From the IMG/VR virus record IMGVR_UViG_3300028800_000001, positions 248,001 through 312,000 of that record: DNA of 64,000 bases; one strand, given 5' to 3'. Below, piece after piece: positions 36,277-45,219 of this stretch. The notes below the pieces were generated by a model that made no database searches, was not told where the DNA came from, and worked only from the letters and a program-made list of their open reading frames with translations. Numbering within the stretch: position 1 is the first letter of the stretch; every line of letters begins with the position of its first letter. The translations under genes and the position numbers were made by a program.

Positions 36277-36708
36277 CTAGTCCTCCCAACGTAATTTCCA
36301 AACGTTCATACGACTTTTCTTTCCTTGTACCGTGGCCGAAAGGACAAAGCCCTGCGCACGATAGAATTTGTTGGCGTCAATGGTTTCAATCGCTTTGAGA
36401 CTCACACAATGTTTTCCTGCCTGATGCGCGGCAAGAACGGTACGTGCTACCAGCATGTTTCCAATACCTTTGCGACGAGTATTTTGATCGACACAAAGAT
36501 AGGAAAGCGTGGTTTGTTCGTCACGACGATGGTGAAAGAGCACAAAGCCCACCAGTTTTTCTTCTTCCCAGGCCGTAATAAGACTTTCATGCTTTATTGC
36601 TTCAAAGTATTGTGGGTAGAGAATAAAGCCAAGCTCTTTTTTACTGGCAGAAGCAAGACGCGCAAGCAAAGGAACGTCTTCGTCACACGCGGGGCGTAGC
36701 GCAATCAT
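36277..36708 (-). CDS. GNAT acetyltransferase
   Basis: LCVDQNTRRKGIGNML, ANKFYRAQGF. Confidence 0.85.
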   Translation of the reverse strand: MIALRPACDEDVPLLARLASASKKELGFILYPQYFEAIKHESLITAWEEEKLVGFVLFHHRRDEQTTLSYLCVDQNTRRKGIGNMLVARTVLAAHQAGKHCVSLKAIETIDANKFYRAQGFVLSATVQGKKSRMNVWKLRWED

Positions 36709-37583
36709 ATGAGACTCCTCAATTGACTACAGAGCAGCGGTGCCATGCGTACTCCAGAGCCACCCATCGCAGGAGCATAATAGATGTCATCTTGTTTGTA
36801 GAGTTGTTTTTTGAGTGCCATTGCTGGCCTCCATCCTTCTATCAGGGGTTGCTCTTCTTCCGCAACCAGGACAAGATCACCGGTAAGCCGCGCAAAAAGT
36901 TCTTTCCAAAGCGCATACTTTGGCTCCATGCTGTAGCCTTTCAGTTTCTTTTGCGAGAGGGTAGAACTGCCTGCATAGTGATAGGGGGTATTCGGCACAA
37001 GATTGGCATAGGCAAACTGAAAACGATTCTCTCGTAAATAAAAGGTTGGCCGCGCTGGTGAGGCAATAAGCACTTCTTCAGAGACCAATAACTTTACTTT
37101 GCGTGACCAGCCCCATACATAGTGATCGGCAATGCGAAAGCCATGTGAAATGATCTGTTGTGCGCCAGTAGGCACATCGTCAGTGCGCCGTTCGGCAAAA
37201 AAGAGCCGACTTTGCTCAACAAAGCGCTGAACATTGAAGTGATAACTTGGATACGCACCAAGATAGAGAGGTCCGATATGGGTGAGAATATCATATTTGG
37301 CTCCATGTGGCGGATGTTTACTGGAAAACCAGAATGCGCCATTTTCACTCAGGCGTCCCAGGTGTGCCGTCCAGGGTGCGCCTCGCTGGTGCCACTTTGA
37401 CCAGCCATGGTAGGCTCGCATCTCTTCTGGCTCTCCGCTTGGATAGATGAGCCCTGTACTGGCTTTCCAGGCAACATGTTCCGCATCGATATCGTTCCAG
37501 GTAAATGCTTTTTTTGCGGCGAAGAGTTCCCAGGCAAAAAAGGCACCAAGAACGCCCATGCCATGTAAATGATAGTGTGTCAT
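36705..37583 (-). CDS. FAD-dependent oxidoreductase/lyase-like protein
   Basis: LHGMGVLG Rossmann motif, AWKASTGL, EGWRP, GGSGVRMAP. Confidence 0.7.
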   Translation of the reverse strand: MTHYHLHGMGVLGAFFAWELFAAKKAFTWNDIDAEHVAWKASTGLIYPSGEPEEMRAYHGWSKWHQRGAPWTAHLGRLSENGAFWFSSKHPPHGAKYDILTHIGPLYLGAYPSYHFNVQRFVEQSRLFFAERRTDDVPTGAQQIISHGFRIADHYVWGWSRKVKLLVSEEVLIASPARPTFYLRENRFQFAYANLVPNTPYHYAGSSTLSQKKLKGYSMEPKYALWKELFARLTGDLVLVAEEEQPLIEGWRPAMALKKQLYKQDDIYYAPAMGGSGVRMAPLLCSQLRSLI

Positions 37584-38485
37584 CGAAGAAGTAAGACTCC
37601 TGTCTTTTTATAGAGTGTTTTGCGCACGCGGTCTGGCCCATTCCAGCCATGCACTTCTCCCAGGTAGGCATCAGGGAACAACTCAGCGCGTAAACTAAAA
37701 AGTTCTTTAGCTTCTAGTGGAGAAAGCGTGTAAAGTTGCGCAAGCATTTGATCAATATCATGACCGATATAATAGCGTCCTTCATAGACGGCGTGAAAGT
37801 CACAGAGCATTGTTTCCAATTGTGCAATATGCAGCACGATATCATGTTTGTGTACACGGCGTAACAAATCTTCTCCTTGCTCGTCAAGTATGCGTACTGC
37901 CTGTGGGGTGTTACCAACAACGGTGGGATAAAAGAGAGCAAGTCCTTGTCGTGGGCCACTAGAAAACTCATTGCCCATATTGGGTGCAACGAGCGGATAG
38001 TGATGCACACTCATGAGTATTTCACAGGTCTTATATGCAGCCCAGCGGCCATTGCCCCAAAAGCGTTGCAGGCGATCTGTGAGCGTTTGCCAGTTTGCAT
38101 AGGGATCGCTACGGGACAATCCTTCTTGAAAAAAGGCCGTGAGACTTTCATAGGGGCGCGTGATTTCCTGCACAGAGAGCAGGTGCTTGCTGATAGTGCC
38201 GCCACGAAAGCCACGCCGTTCGGTCGCACAGGAGAGCCGCGCAAACTGCGCAGGCAGCGCACTGCGCACAGGAGTGTGAGGGTAGACGCGTGTTACAGAA
38301 CCAAGATGATAATAGCTGACGTAGAGTAGCGTATGCCAGAGCGCTTCTTCAGGAGTGAAGTGGCTGTAGAGTCGTTCAAGAAGTGGGTACACCGGATCAA
38401 CATCTTTGGTAAGCAACTGGGCATGACAAAAGGAAAGGAAATCTTGAAAAAGTTTATCTTCTGAAAAGAACATTGGATATTTCAC
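37580..38485 (-). CDS. amino acid:DNA transferase (aGPT-Pplase2 clade, HhH-glycosylase-like)
   Basis: DVDPVY, TERRGFRG, GNGRWAAYK, SSGPRQGL, LETMLCDF, YYIGHDID. Confidence 0.8.
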   Translation of the reverse strand: MKYPMFFSEDKLFQDFLSFCHAQLLTKDVDPVYPLLERLYSHFTPEEALWHTLLYVSYYHLGSVTRVYPHTPVRSALPAQFARLSCATERRGFRGGTISKHLLSVQEITRPYESLTAFFQEGLSRSDPYANWQTLTDRLQRFWGNGRWAAYKTCEILMSVHHYPLVAPNMGNEFSSGPRQGLALFYPTVVGNTPQAVRILDEQGEDLLRRVHKHDIVLHIAQLETMLCDFHAVYEGRYYIGHDIDQMLAQLYTLSPLEAKELFSLRAELFPDAYLGEVHGWNGPDRVRKTLYKKTGVLLLR

Positions 38486-38577
38486 TTTCTAGCAGCGCGG
38501 AGAAGAGCGTAGCAGGGTTTGCCCACCATCGCCTGAGTATTTCACGCTTTGAAGAGGACAAACCCTGAAAACGCTTC

Positions 38578-38943
38578 TTATTGTGAAGGAAGCTGTACCG
38601 CAGGAGGATTGCCTGGAACACTAGGGATCACTCCTGTTGTGCCACTAGGCAGTGTTCCCTTGCCACCCACATCTTTCCAGAAACGTTGCTCGGCTGTTTC
38701 TACAACGGGCTCTGCGGCAATGATAACTGGAGTTGCGTCAGGGACATTGACTCGCAGGTAATGCAGCGCGCCATTGATAAAGGAGAAAACAGCAAGCGTT
38801 GCGCCTTGCGTGACAATCAGTTTGATATCGTTGCTGTTTGGGGCAAGCAGGAGTGTTCCAATGGCCTCCAAGAAAACGATAGCAGCGCTGATAGCAAGCT
38901 GTAAAAATGTGTGGATGAGTGCGGCCTTTTGAGCAGAAGACAT
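38578..38943 (-). CDS. holin-like two-TM membrane protein
   Basis: KAALIHTFLQ followed by two TM helices; start uncertain (38943-38961). Confidence 0.45.
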   Translation of the reverse strand: MSSAQKAALIHTFLQLAISAAIVFLEAIGTLLLAPNSNDIKLIVTQGATLAVFSFINGALHYLRVNVPDATPVIIAAEPVVETAEQRFWKDVGGKGTLPSGTTGVIPSVPGNPPAVQLPSQ

Positions 38944-39049
38944 ATGCATCCCTTTCTTCATACAAATGAAAAAGTATCATGTTTTTTCTATGAAGATTTA
39001 GGATATGTTCCTCAGTATACCGGACTTCAAGAAGAGGTGCAAGAGTGGG

Positions 39050-39253
39050 TCAAAAACCATGCTCTTTTGCTTGGCGCACATCCTCTTCGCTATAAACAAA
39101 GGTTCCGGTAATTGTTGGATGCTGTTCACTATACTTTTTCATCAGCCGATCCATCGCTTTGCGTGCGATTTTATATGCTCTTGGTGTCGCGCCAGGATCA
39201 TATAAGACTTTTCGCAATCGTGCCTGTTCTTCAAGAAATTCACGGTCGTTCAT
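39050..39253 (-). CDS. hypothetical protein
   Basis: GAGGAG SD; 67 aa. Confidence 0.45.
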   Translation of the reverse strand: MNDREFLEEQARLRKVLYDPGATPRAYKIARKAMDRLMKKYSEQHPTITGTFVYSEEDVRQAKEHGF

Positions 39254-39420
39254 CAGGTTCTCCTCTTTTTAGTACTTTTTGTTTTGAGTATAGCAGCCGT
39301 GTCCTCCATCCCAGTTTTGAGTTTTCTCCAAAGTGGCTCTGATTTTATAATAGGATGGAAATTGGACAATATAGTAAATGAGATACGAAAAAAGTGCTAA
39401 AAAAAGAAAGTGAGACGGCT

Positions 39421-39924
39421 GTGAGCTGTACTGAAATTTACGTTGAACGAAAAAATGGAGATGTTGAACACTACGGTGATGCCCATAACGCCTGGGGTGG
39501 AGCGATGCATATCTGGATGACACTTAAAGAGCACTACGCCATCAGTGGTCGTGATCTCTTTGGTGGCTTTGAAGCGCTCTGGAGTCGCATTCAGGAATAC
39601 GCACCAATGGATCAGTGGGTGCTGGCCTCCACCTTTGATGGAATGATCATTCCTGTCGAGACACTGGGCATTTTCCTTGGGCATCTCAAGAACTTCATCA
39701 AAGCGCATCCAACGGACACCTTAAAAGAAGAGTTGAGCATTCTCACGCGAGCGCTTAGTGACACAGAGGTGGTAGGCGTGTGCTTCAATCAGACCAGTGT
39801 CAATAGTAATCCCTGGTATGTCTACAATTCTGAAGAAGACGAAGGACGACCATACAATACGCAGCAGGACAGCGACCATCAGCGTTTAACGCCGGACTAC
39901 TTTACTACTTCTGAAAATACCTAG
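39421..39924 (+). CDS. hypothetical phage protein
   Basis: NAWGGAMHIW, VCFNQTSV; start uncertain. Confidence 0.6.
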   Translation: MSCTEIYVERKNGDVEHYGDAHNAWGGAMHIWMTLKEHYAISGRDLFGGFEALWSRIQEYAPMDQWVLASTFDGMIIPVETLGIFLGHLKNFIKAHPTDTLKEELSILTRALSDTEVVGVCFNQTSVNSNPWYVYNSEEDEGRPYNTQQDSDHQRLTPDYFTTSENT

Positions 39925-39931
39925 AAAATTA

Positions 39932-39960
39932 TTGACTTTTCCCGTGAAAACGGGTATACT
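39932..39960 (+). promoter_or_regulatory. sigma70-type promoter
   Basis: TTGACT-17-TATACT followed by a 10-bp leader hairpin 39961-39986. Confidence 0.7.
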
Positions 39961-40008
39961 GAGAGTACGGTGAGTGCTGTACTCTCCAGGTTGCAAGAGA
40001 GAAAAAAG

Positions 40009-40560
40009 ATGTTTGAAAGCAATATGCACAGAGTGTACGGCGATGCCTACACCATCAGCGCCTCCTACCAATTGCAGGAAGATGGTCTCTATGTACATGA
40101 TCTGGACAAAGATGGCATACGACTCCTTTCTAGTGTGGAGATATCCACCATCAATACCTATCTGGATACGCATGTACGCGCCAAAGATTCTGTCAACGAC
40201 ATCGCTTTTATGGGAAACCTTTCAGGCTACGCATATCAGAAACTTCGCTTAGAGCAGACGCAAGCAGACATGCCAGAGGTTGTAGCGGGGCGCTGGATTG
40301 TGACGTGGCCGTATCTTACCAGAACTCCCACGTCAGGCAGTCTTGCGGTGCGCCACGATCTTTTTTACGATTGGGTATGTGTACTCAAAGCCAGCAAGCC
40401 ACAAGAAATTTTAGAGTATCTTGCAACGCATCTCTTACTCGATGAGCTGATTACCTTTCAGGAAGAGGAGGACGCCGTCTACGATTACCCGTCATTTCAC
40501 AAAGAGATACGAAGCAGGGAAAGAGAACGGCGCGTACAACGAAACGGCACTATCTTATGA
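40009..40560 (+). CDS. hypothetical protein
   Basis: Downstream of promoter; ATGA overlap with next gene. Confidence 0.55.
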   Translation: MFESNMHRVYGDAYTISASYQLQEDGLYVHDLDKDGIRLLSSVEISTINTYLDTHVRAKDSVNDIAFMGNLSGYAYQKLRLEQTQADMPEVVAGRWIVTWPYLTRTPTSGSLAVRHDLFYDWVCVLKASKPQEILEYLATHLLLDELITFQEEEDAVYDYPSFHKEIRSRERERRVQRNGTIL

Positions 40561-40892
40561 GTGATTACTACAACGAGTGCCTGGAGACGGTGAAGAACCG
40601 TTTTCCCGAATTGCTCTTTGAGCTCTATGACCGACGTGATCCGGTGTATCTGCGCAGCAATTTTGATACCATCGTACAGGGGATTGAGCATCTGATGCCG
40701 GTTGGTGCTCAGGTCTGGACGCTCACCCTCGCAGAGGCGCAAAGCGTCACCGCAATTGGCTATCTAGAACTGATCAAGCGCAGCGACGAAACCGTTAAGA
40801 TTGCTTTTATGGATGTTCCAGCACAGTATAAGCAACCAATTCTTGAGAGTCTTGCCCTGTTCTTTAGTATTCAGGAGTTGGAGAAACTATGA
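40557..40892 (+). CDS. hypothetical protein
   Basis: ATGA overlaps on both sides. Confidence 0.55.
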   Translation: MSDYYNECLETVKNRFPELLFELYDRRDPVYLRSNFDTIVQGIEHLMPVGAQVWTLTLAEAQSVTAIGYLELIKRSDETVKIAFMDVPAQYKQPILESLALFFSIQELEKL

Positions 40893-41191
40893 GCGTGTAC
40901 GTTGATCCGCTTTTTACTACCACGCCAAAGGCGAATTGGGCGTATAAAAAAGCATGCCATATGACGGCTGACACTGAAGAAGAACTGCACGCAATGGCAG
41001 AGCGTCTGGGACTCAAACGCTCCTGGTTTCAAAATCATCATCCACGCGCCGTCTTCTGGCATTACGATTTAACCGTAAACAAACGCAGGCAGGCCATTGA
41101 TTACGGAGCTGTTCCCATCACAGGGCAGCAAGTATTGGCACGTGTTCTGGCATACAACGAACGAGAACGAAAAGAGAAAGAAACGAATTAA
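40889..41191 (+). CDS. DUF4031 family protein
   Basis: VYVD, CHMTADTEEELHAMAERLGLKRSWFQ, HYDL. Confidence 0.85.
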   Translation: MSVYVDPLFTTTPKANWAYKKACHMTADTEEELHAMAERLGLKRSWFQNHHPRAVFWHYDLTVNKRRQAIDYGAVPITGQQVLARVLAYNERERKEKETN

Positions 41192-41236
41192 TTAATTTTT
41201 CAACCTTCTTTTTATAAAAATAAAAAATAATTAATT
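41186..41236. promoter_or_regulatory. paired AATTAATT motif upstream of helicase
   Basis: AATTAATT at 41186 and 41229. Confidence 0.55.
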
Positions 41237-41278
41237 ATTTATTTCCAATCTTACTATGAGAAGGAGGATCTTTTTTTT

Positions 41279-43855
41279 ATGGCACTAGCACTCGCACCGC
41301 GACCATATCAGCAAGAAGCATTTGATGCGATTATGGCACAGAATATCAAAGCATTGGTGAAGCTCCCGACAGGGTGCGGGAAAACTTTGTTGTTCCCGAT
41401 GTTGGCAAGGCATAAACGTTTTAGCAAAAAGATAACGCTTATTCTGGCAGAGCACGAAGAACTGTTAGAACAGGCCCGTGATAAGATTTTGCGCATGTAC
41501 CCCAATGCTGACGTTGGTATTGTGGGCTTTGGGAAAGCGGAGTGGGACCATCGGATAATTCTAGGGGGCGTGGATACGCTTTCCTATTCAAAGCGCTTAG
41601 AGAAATTGGCAACGCTGGATATCGGGTTAGTTATCTGTGACGAGTGTTTTCCGGCAGGAACACTTGTTGACGGGCGTCCTATTGAGACGTTGAAAGTTGG
41701 TGATACTGTCACGGCGTTTGATGAGAAAACGCAGACGTTTGCACAAAGACGTATCACTTCTGTCTCTCAGAAGTCGGCAGTAAGACTTTTAAAAATTATA
41801 GTAAATGGTGCATCGGTAGTATGCACGCCAAACCATCCATTTTACACTGAATCTGGATGGAAATATGCTGAGAACATTTTGGTAGGAGAGAGAATACTGT
41901 ATGCAAATCTTACTAGCAACGTGCCCGATTTGCGAGCAACAATTTCCGGTGTTGGAAAGTCACAAGCGAATCAAGTTCAGGAAAGGAATTCCAGTGTTTT
42001 GCTCACCAACATGCACAAAGATTGCAGTCTCAAAGATGAATTCAGAGAGAATGGCGAAGACAAACAAGAAATATGCTTCGCAGCGTATGAGAAGAAACAA
42101 TCCGATGCGCAACGAATCTTCGAGAAAGAAAATGAGATCAACTTTGGTGGCAATGGGACATGTTCCGAAGATTCGTGGGGGCAACGGAAAAGGATTAACA
42201 GTTCCGCAGCGGCTTTTGTTCGAGAGACTTGGTTGGGAACCGAAAGAAACTATTGTGAGAACGAACATAGTGAAAGCGGAGAATCTAGAGCGGTATCCAA
42301 CACATTACAAGGTGGACATTGGCAACGAAGCGCTGATGATAGCTATAGAAATCGATGGGGGGTCTCATTATTCGATAATGAGGAGAAAACAGGACGCGAA
42401 GAAAACGAAGTTTCTTGTTGGAAGAGGGTGGACGGTATTGAGGTTTACGAACCAGGAAGTGATGGAACATTTGGAGGATTGTGTCCAGGCGGTTCAGTCT
42501 ACAATTTTGAAGTCGAAGACCTCCATACCTATACAGCAAATGGCTTCGTAGTTCATAACTGCCATCATGCGGTCACCAAGAGCTATCTAGATATCTTTGC
42601 GGCCTGCAAAAATGCTTTTTTGTATGGCAATACTGCAACGGTGGATCGCCATGATCAGCGTGACATTACGGCTATCTTTGGCCCACCGGTTTACAGTAAA
42701 TCTATTAATGAAATGATTGATGCCGAATATCTTTGTGGCATCGTTCCTTTTACTATTCGAACACAGAACACCATCAATGTTGCGGTTTCTGCAACCTCTG
42801 GTGATTATAGTGAAGCGCGGCTGGAGCAGGCCGTCAATCGAAAGGATCGTAATGATTGCATCGTTCGGGCGTGTTGTGAAGAAAAGTATGGTGGACCTGA
42901 TTTGCCTACTGTTGTCTTTTGTGCTGGTACGCAGCATGCGAAAGAGCAGGCTTTGGCATATGTTCGAGCAGGAATACCTGCCGCGCATATTACGATGGAT
43001 GTTCCCAAAGAAATTCGTGAACAGCATTATGCTGATTTTGCTACCGGCGCAATTAAAGTCCTCACCAATGTCCAAATTCTTACTGAAGGATGGGACGCGG
43101 ATGTACGAAGGATTGTGTTTGCCCGTCCTACAAAAAGTCGCCCTCTCTTCACTCAAATGCTGGGGCGCGGGACTCGTATCGCTCCTGGTAAGGAAGCTTG
43201 TATTCTCTTAGATTTTACCGACAATTATCTTGACCATGATCTTGAGCCCTGCACACTAGAAGATGTTCTTGGTGTACCAGTACGCGAAGGGGTGGATTGC
43301 CGAGAGGTTATTCGTAAAGAGAAGGAGGCCAGTGGTGGCGCGGTTCCTGAAGACGGTGAAGAGAAGAAAAAGCGTGAGAAGCAGGAAATTGACGAGCGCA
43401 ACAAACTGGTTGAGAAGCAGCTCACGTTCCGCTACAAGTGGCAGCAGGTGCAAGGTGGCGCATACATTGCCACCGTTGGCGATAAGCGTGCCGGAGGCGA
43501 TTTGATCCTCTACCCATCAAAAGCCGGTGGTTATATCGTCGGGGTCTCCTATAAAGAAACACCAATGGCAAAGCAACCAAAAGAGGTGGTGGTTGCAAGA
43601 AACGTGCCGCTTTCCTGGGCTCAATCAATTGCAGAGCAGCAAGGGAAAAACTTGCAACTGGGCAATTATCAATTTATTGATCCTGATGCTCCCTGGCGGA
43701 AAAGTAAGCCATCGCAGGCGCAACTTGACCAAATCAAAATGCTTTCAAAAGCAACTTATGGGAAAATTCTTCCAAAGAAGAATATGACCAAGGGTGAAGC
43801 TTCAGAACTGATCTCTAAAGGGTTTGCGCTCTTGCAGCAAAAAGGGAGAAAGTAA
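41279..43855 (+). CDS. SF2 DEAD/DEAH-box helicase (ResIII/IRC3-like) interrupted by an intein
   Basis: PRPYQ, PTGCGKT, DE|CHH after splicing, TAT, LTEGWD, QMLGRGTR. Confidence 0.9.
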   Translation: MALALAPRPYQQEAFDAIMAQNIKALVKLPTGCGKTLLFPMLARHKRFSKKITLILAEHEELLEQARDKILRMYPNADVGIVGFGKAEWDHRIILGGVDTLSYSKRLEKLATLDIGLVICDECFPAGTLVDGRPIETLKVGDTVTAFDEKTQTFAQRRITSVSQKSAVRLLKIIVNGASVVCTPNHPFYTESGWKYAENILVGERILYANLTSNVPDLRATISGVGKSQANQVQERNSSVLLTNMHKDCSLKDEFRENGEDKQEICFAAYEKKQSDAQRIFEKENEINFGGNGTCSEDSWGQRKRINSSAAAFVRETWLGTERNYCENEHSESGESRAVSNTLQGGHWQRSADDSYRNRWGVSLFDNEEKTGREENEVSCWKRVDGIEVYEPGSDGTFGGLCPGGSVYNFEVEDLHTYTANGFVVHNCHHAVTKSYLDIFAACKNAFLYGNTATVDRHDQRDITAIFGPPVYSKSINEMIDAEYLCGIVPFTIRTQNTINVAVSATSGDYSEARLEQAVNRKDRNDCIVRACCEEKYGGPDLPTVVFCAGTQHAKEQALAYVRAGIPAAHITMDVPKEIREQHYADFATGAIKVLTNVQILTEGWDADVRRIVFARPTKSRPLFTQMLGRGTRIAPGKEACILLDFTDNYLDHDLEPCTLEDVLGVPVREGVDCREVIRKEKEASGGAVPEDGEEKKKREKQEIDERNKLVEKQLTFRYKWQQVQGGAYIATVGDKRAGGDLILYPSKAGGYIVGVSYKETPMAKQPKEVVVARNVPLSWAQSIAEQQGKNLQLGNYQFIDPDAPWRKSKPSQAQLDQIKMLSKATYGKILPKKNMTKGEASELISKGFALLQQKGRK
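41645..42559 (+). mobile_element. 305-aa intein in helicase motif II
   Basis: Block A CFPAGTLV, block B CTPNHPF, block F VYNFEV, block G VVHN followed by Cys +1. Confidence 0.92.
41901..42551 (+). CDS. DUF559/Vsr-like endonuclease nested in the +1 frame of the intein
   Basis: CPIC...FCSPTC Zn motif, NNPM...RKKMR NUMOD3-like, YKVDIG, IAIEIDGGSH, QDAKKTKFLVGRGWTVLRFTN; AGGAG at 41884-41888. Confidence 0.85.
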   Translation: MQILLATCPICEQQFPVLESHKRIKFRKGIPVFCSPTCTKIAVSKMNSERMAKTNKKYASQRMRRNNPMRNESSRKKMRSTLVAMGHVPKIRGGNGKGLTVPQRLLFERLGWEPKETIVRTNIVKAENLERYPTHYKVDIGNEALMIAIEIDGGSHYSIMRRKQDAKKTKFLVGRGWTVLRFTNQEVMEHLEDCVQAVQSTILKSKTSIPIQQMAS

Positions 43856-44161
43856 ATGCTTATTGGAATGTATCCAACGCTACTCAATACACAGGGGCTT
43901 CCGGTTTCGGTGTCCCTGTTCGAGTTCCTTGCCAGTGATTCGCTAGAGGAATTGAAACCATTTGCTGTACAGGAGGCGCAAGAGAAGAACAAACGTCAGT
44001 TCATTGCGCTACTTGGAGGTCGTTACGTCCTCATTGATACCCATTGGCGCGCAAGCGAGTACTTTCAAGCGTGTCCCATAGTAGCGCAATTTGCAAAAAG
44101 TGGCAAAGAGACCACACGAAAGAAGAAAAATCATGAGAATAAAAATTACCAAGTGGCTTGA
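43856..44161 (+). CDS. hypothetical protein
   Basis: Abuts helicase stop. Confidence 0.45.
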   Translation: MLIGMYPTLLNTQGLPVSVSLFEFLASDSLEELKPFAVQEAQEKNKRQFIALLGGRYVLIDTHWRASEYFQACPIVAQFAKSGKETTRKKKNHENKNYQVA

Positions 44162-44645
44162 AGTGAACATGACCGTAGAGGTGGAGGATGAAGAGGAAGC
44201 AGCGCAACTAGCAGGAGAAATCAGCGCACAGTCGCCAGTATTGGAGGAAATGCACTTACTTGCGTTTAACTATAAAACGGTTCCGCACACAACAGCATTT
44301 ACGAGAGAACTGGTACTGGAGGCAAACGAAGCACACATGGATAAGACAGTGCGATTACCTGGGATGGTGATGACACCGCCCATTGATAGCAGTTATTGGC
44401 TCTTTCGGGTGCAGCTCTATAAAGATCAGGCCATCGTAGGCTTCAAGAAATTTGGCACCATCGGCATTGGGTTTGCAAGAGAAGAAGATTGGAATACGAA
44501 CTTTCCTTGTAGTTGCTCAGTTGAAGAAATTTATGATCATATTGAGCACAACAAAGAATACGAAGAGATCAGCAAAGAGGAAGTGCTAGAGGCGATCACA
44601 TTGGTGCGTGATGCGGCTCTGGAGTATCAGAAACAGGAATGCTAG
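44133..44645 (+). CDS. hypothetical phage protein
   Basis: YWLFRV, KFGTIGIGFAREEDWNTNFP, IYDHIEHNK. Confidence 0.6.
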   Translation: MRIKITKWLEVNMTVEVEDEEEAAQLAGEISAQSPVLEEMHLLAFNYKTVPHTTAFTRELVLEANEAHMDKTVRLPGMVMTPPIDSSYWLFRVQLYKDQAIVGFKKFGTIGIGFAREEDWNTNFPCSCSVEEIYDHIEHNKEYEEISKEEVLEAITLVRDAALEYQKQEC

Positions 44646-44944
44646 AGAGAGAAGATTTCACCTATGCGGAACGTTATGCGCTGCTTTCTCGTGAGGCCAA
44701 CGCACTGCTTAGCACCTGGATGGATAGCCACGGCGACTTCATTCATACAGAAACGATAACCTGCTGGCATCTTTTGTGCTTTTTGGAGGACCATCATAAG
44801 AGTGAGACGTGGTCCTTTGGCTACAATGGCGTGTACTGGTTTGTAGGGACAGAGGGGAGCGGCTTCTCAGGCCGCACACCATTTACGGCACTGTGGAGCG
44901 CTCTGGTGCTTATCCTTGAGAAAGAATTACGGGGAAATACATGA
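44639..44944 (+). CDS. hypothetical protein
   Basis: Overlaps neighbours at both ends. Confidence 0.5.
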   Translation: MLEREDFTYAERYALLSREANALLSTWMDSHGDFIHTETITCWHLLCFLEDHHKSETWSFGYNGVYWFVGTEGSGFSGRTPFTALWSALVLILEKELRGNT

Positions 44945-45219
44945 CAGATATACATAATGCAACAAAAATACAAGAAGTAATGGAAGAAGAATACGAACGC
45001 GATTACGAAAATGGGCGCAAAACTTTTGCACGCGCTTACGCAGAATCGTCAGCACTCGGAGATTTTGAGACGGCGCTCACCACGGCCAAGCTTTCCGCAG
45101 AACTGCGCTATCGCAATTATCCGCATTGTAAAGAAACGATGGAGCGCATGTTGGCGTACGTCATGGGCCGCATGATGGGATGGAAAGAAACACAAGAGGA
45201 AAAGAATGAAAGAATTTAA
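44941..45219 (+). CDS. hypothetical protein, related to C-terminus of next gene
   Basis: EEEYERDYENGR...YVMGRM. Confidence 0.55.
   Translation: MTDIHNATKIQEVMEEEYERDYENGRKTFARAYAESSALGDFETALTTAKLSAELRYRNYPHCKETMERMLAYVMGRMMGWKETQEEKNERI

Noticed and set aside
38911-39111. + strand ORF with PQYTGLQEEVQEWVK resembling the immunity-family C-terminus
   Set aside because: Lacks the G..LYP and W motifs, overlaps two better-supported minus-strand genes and has no SD; chance or a relic.
41960-43156. Minus-strand ORFs within the helicase and intein
   Set aside because: Antisense shadows without motifs, unlike the +1 frame endonuclease.
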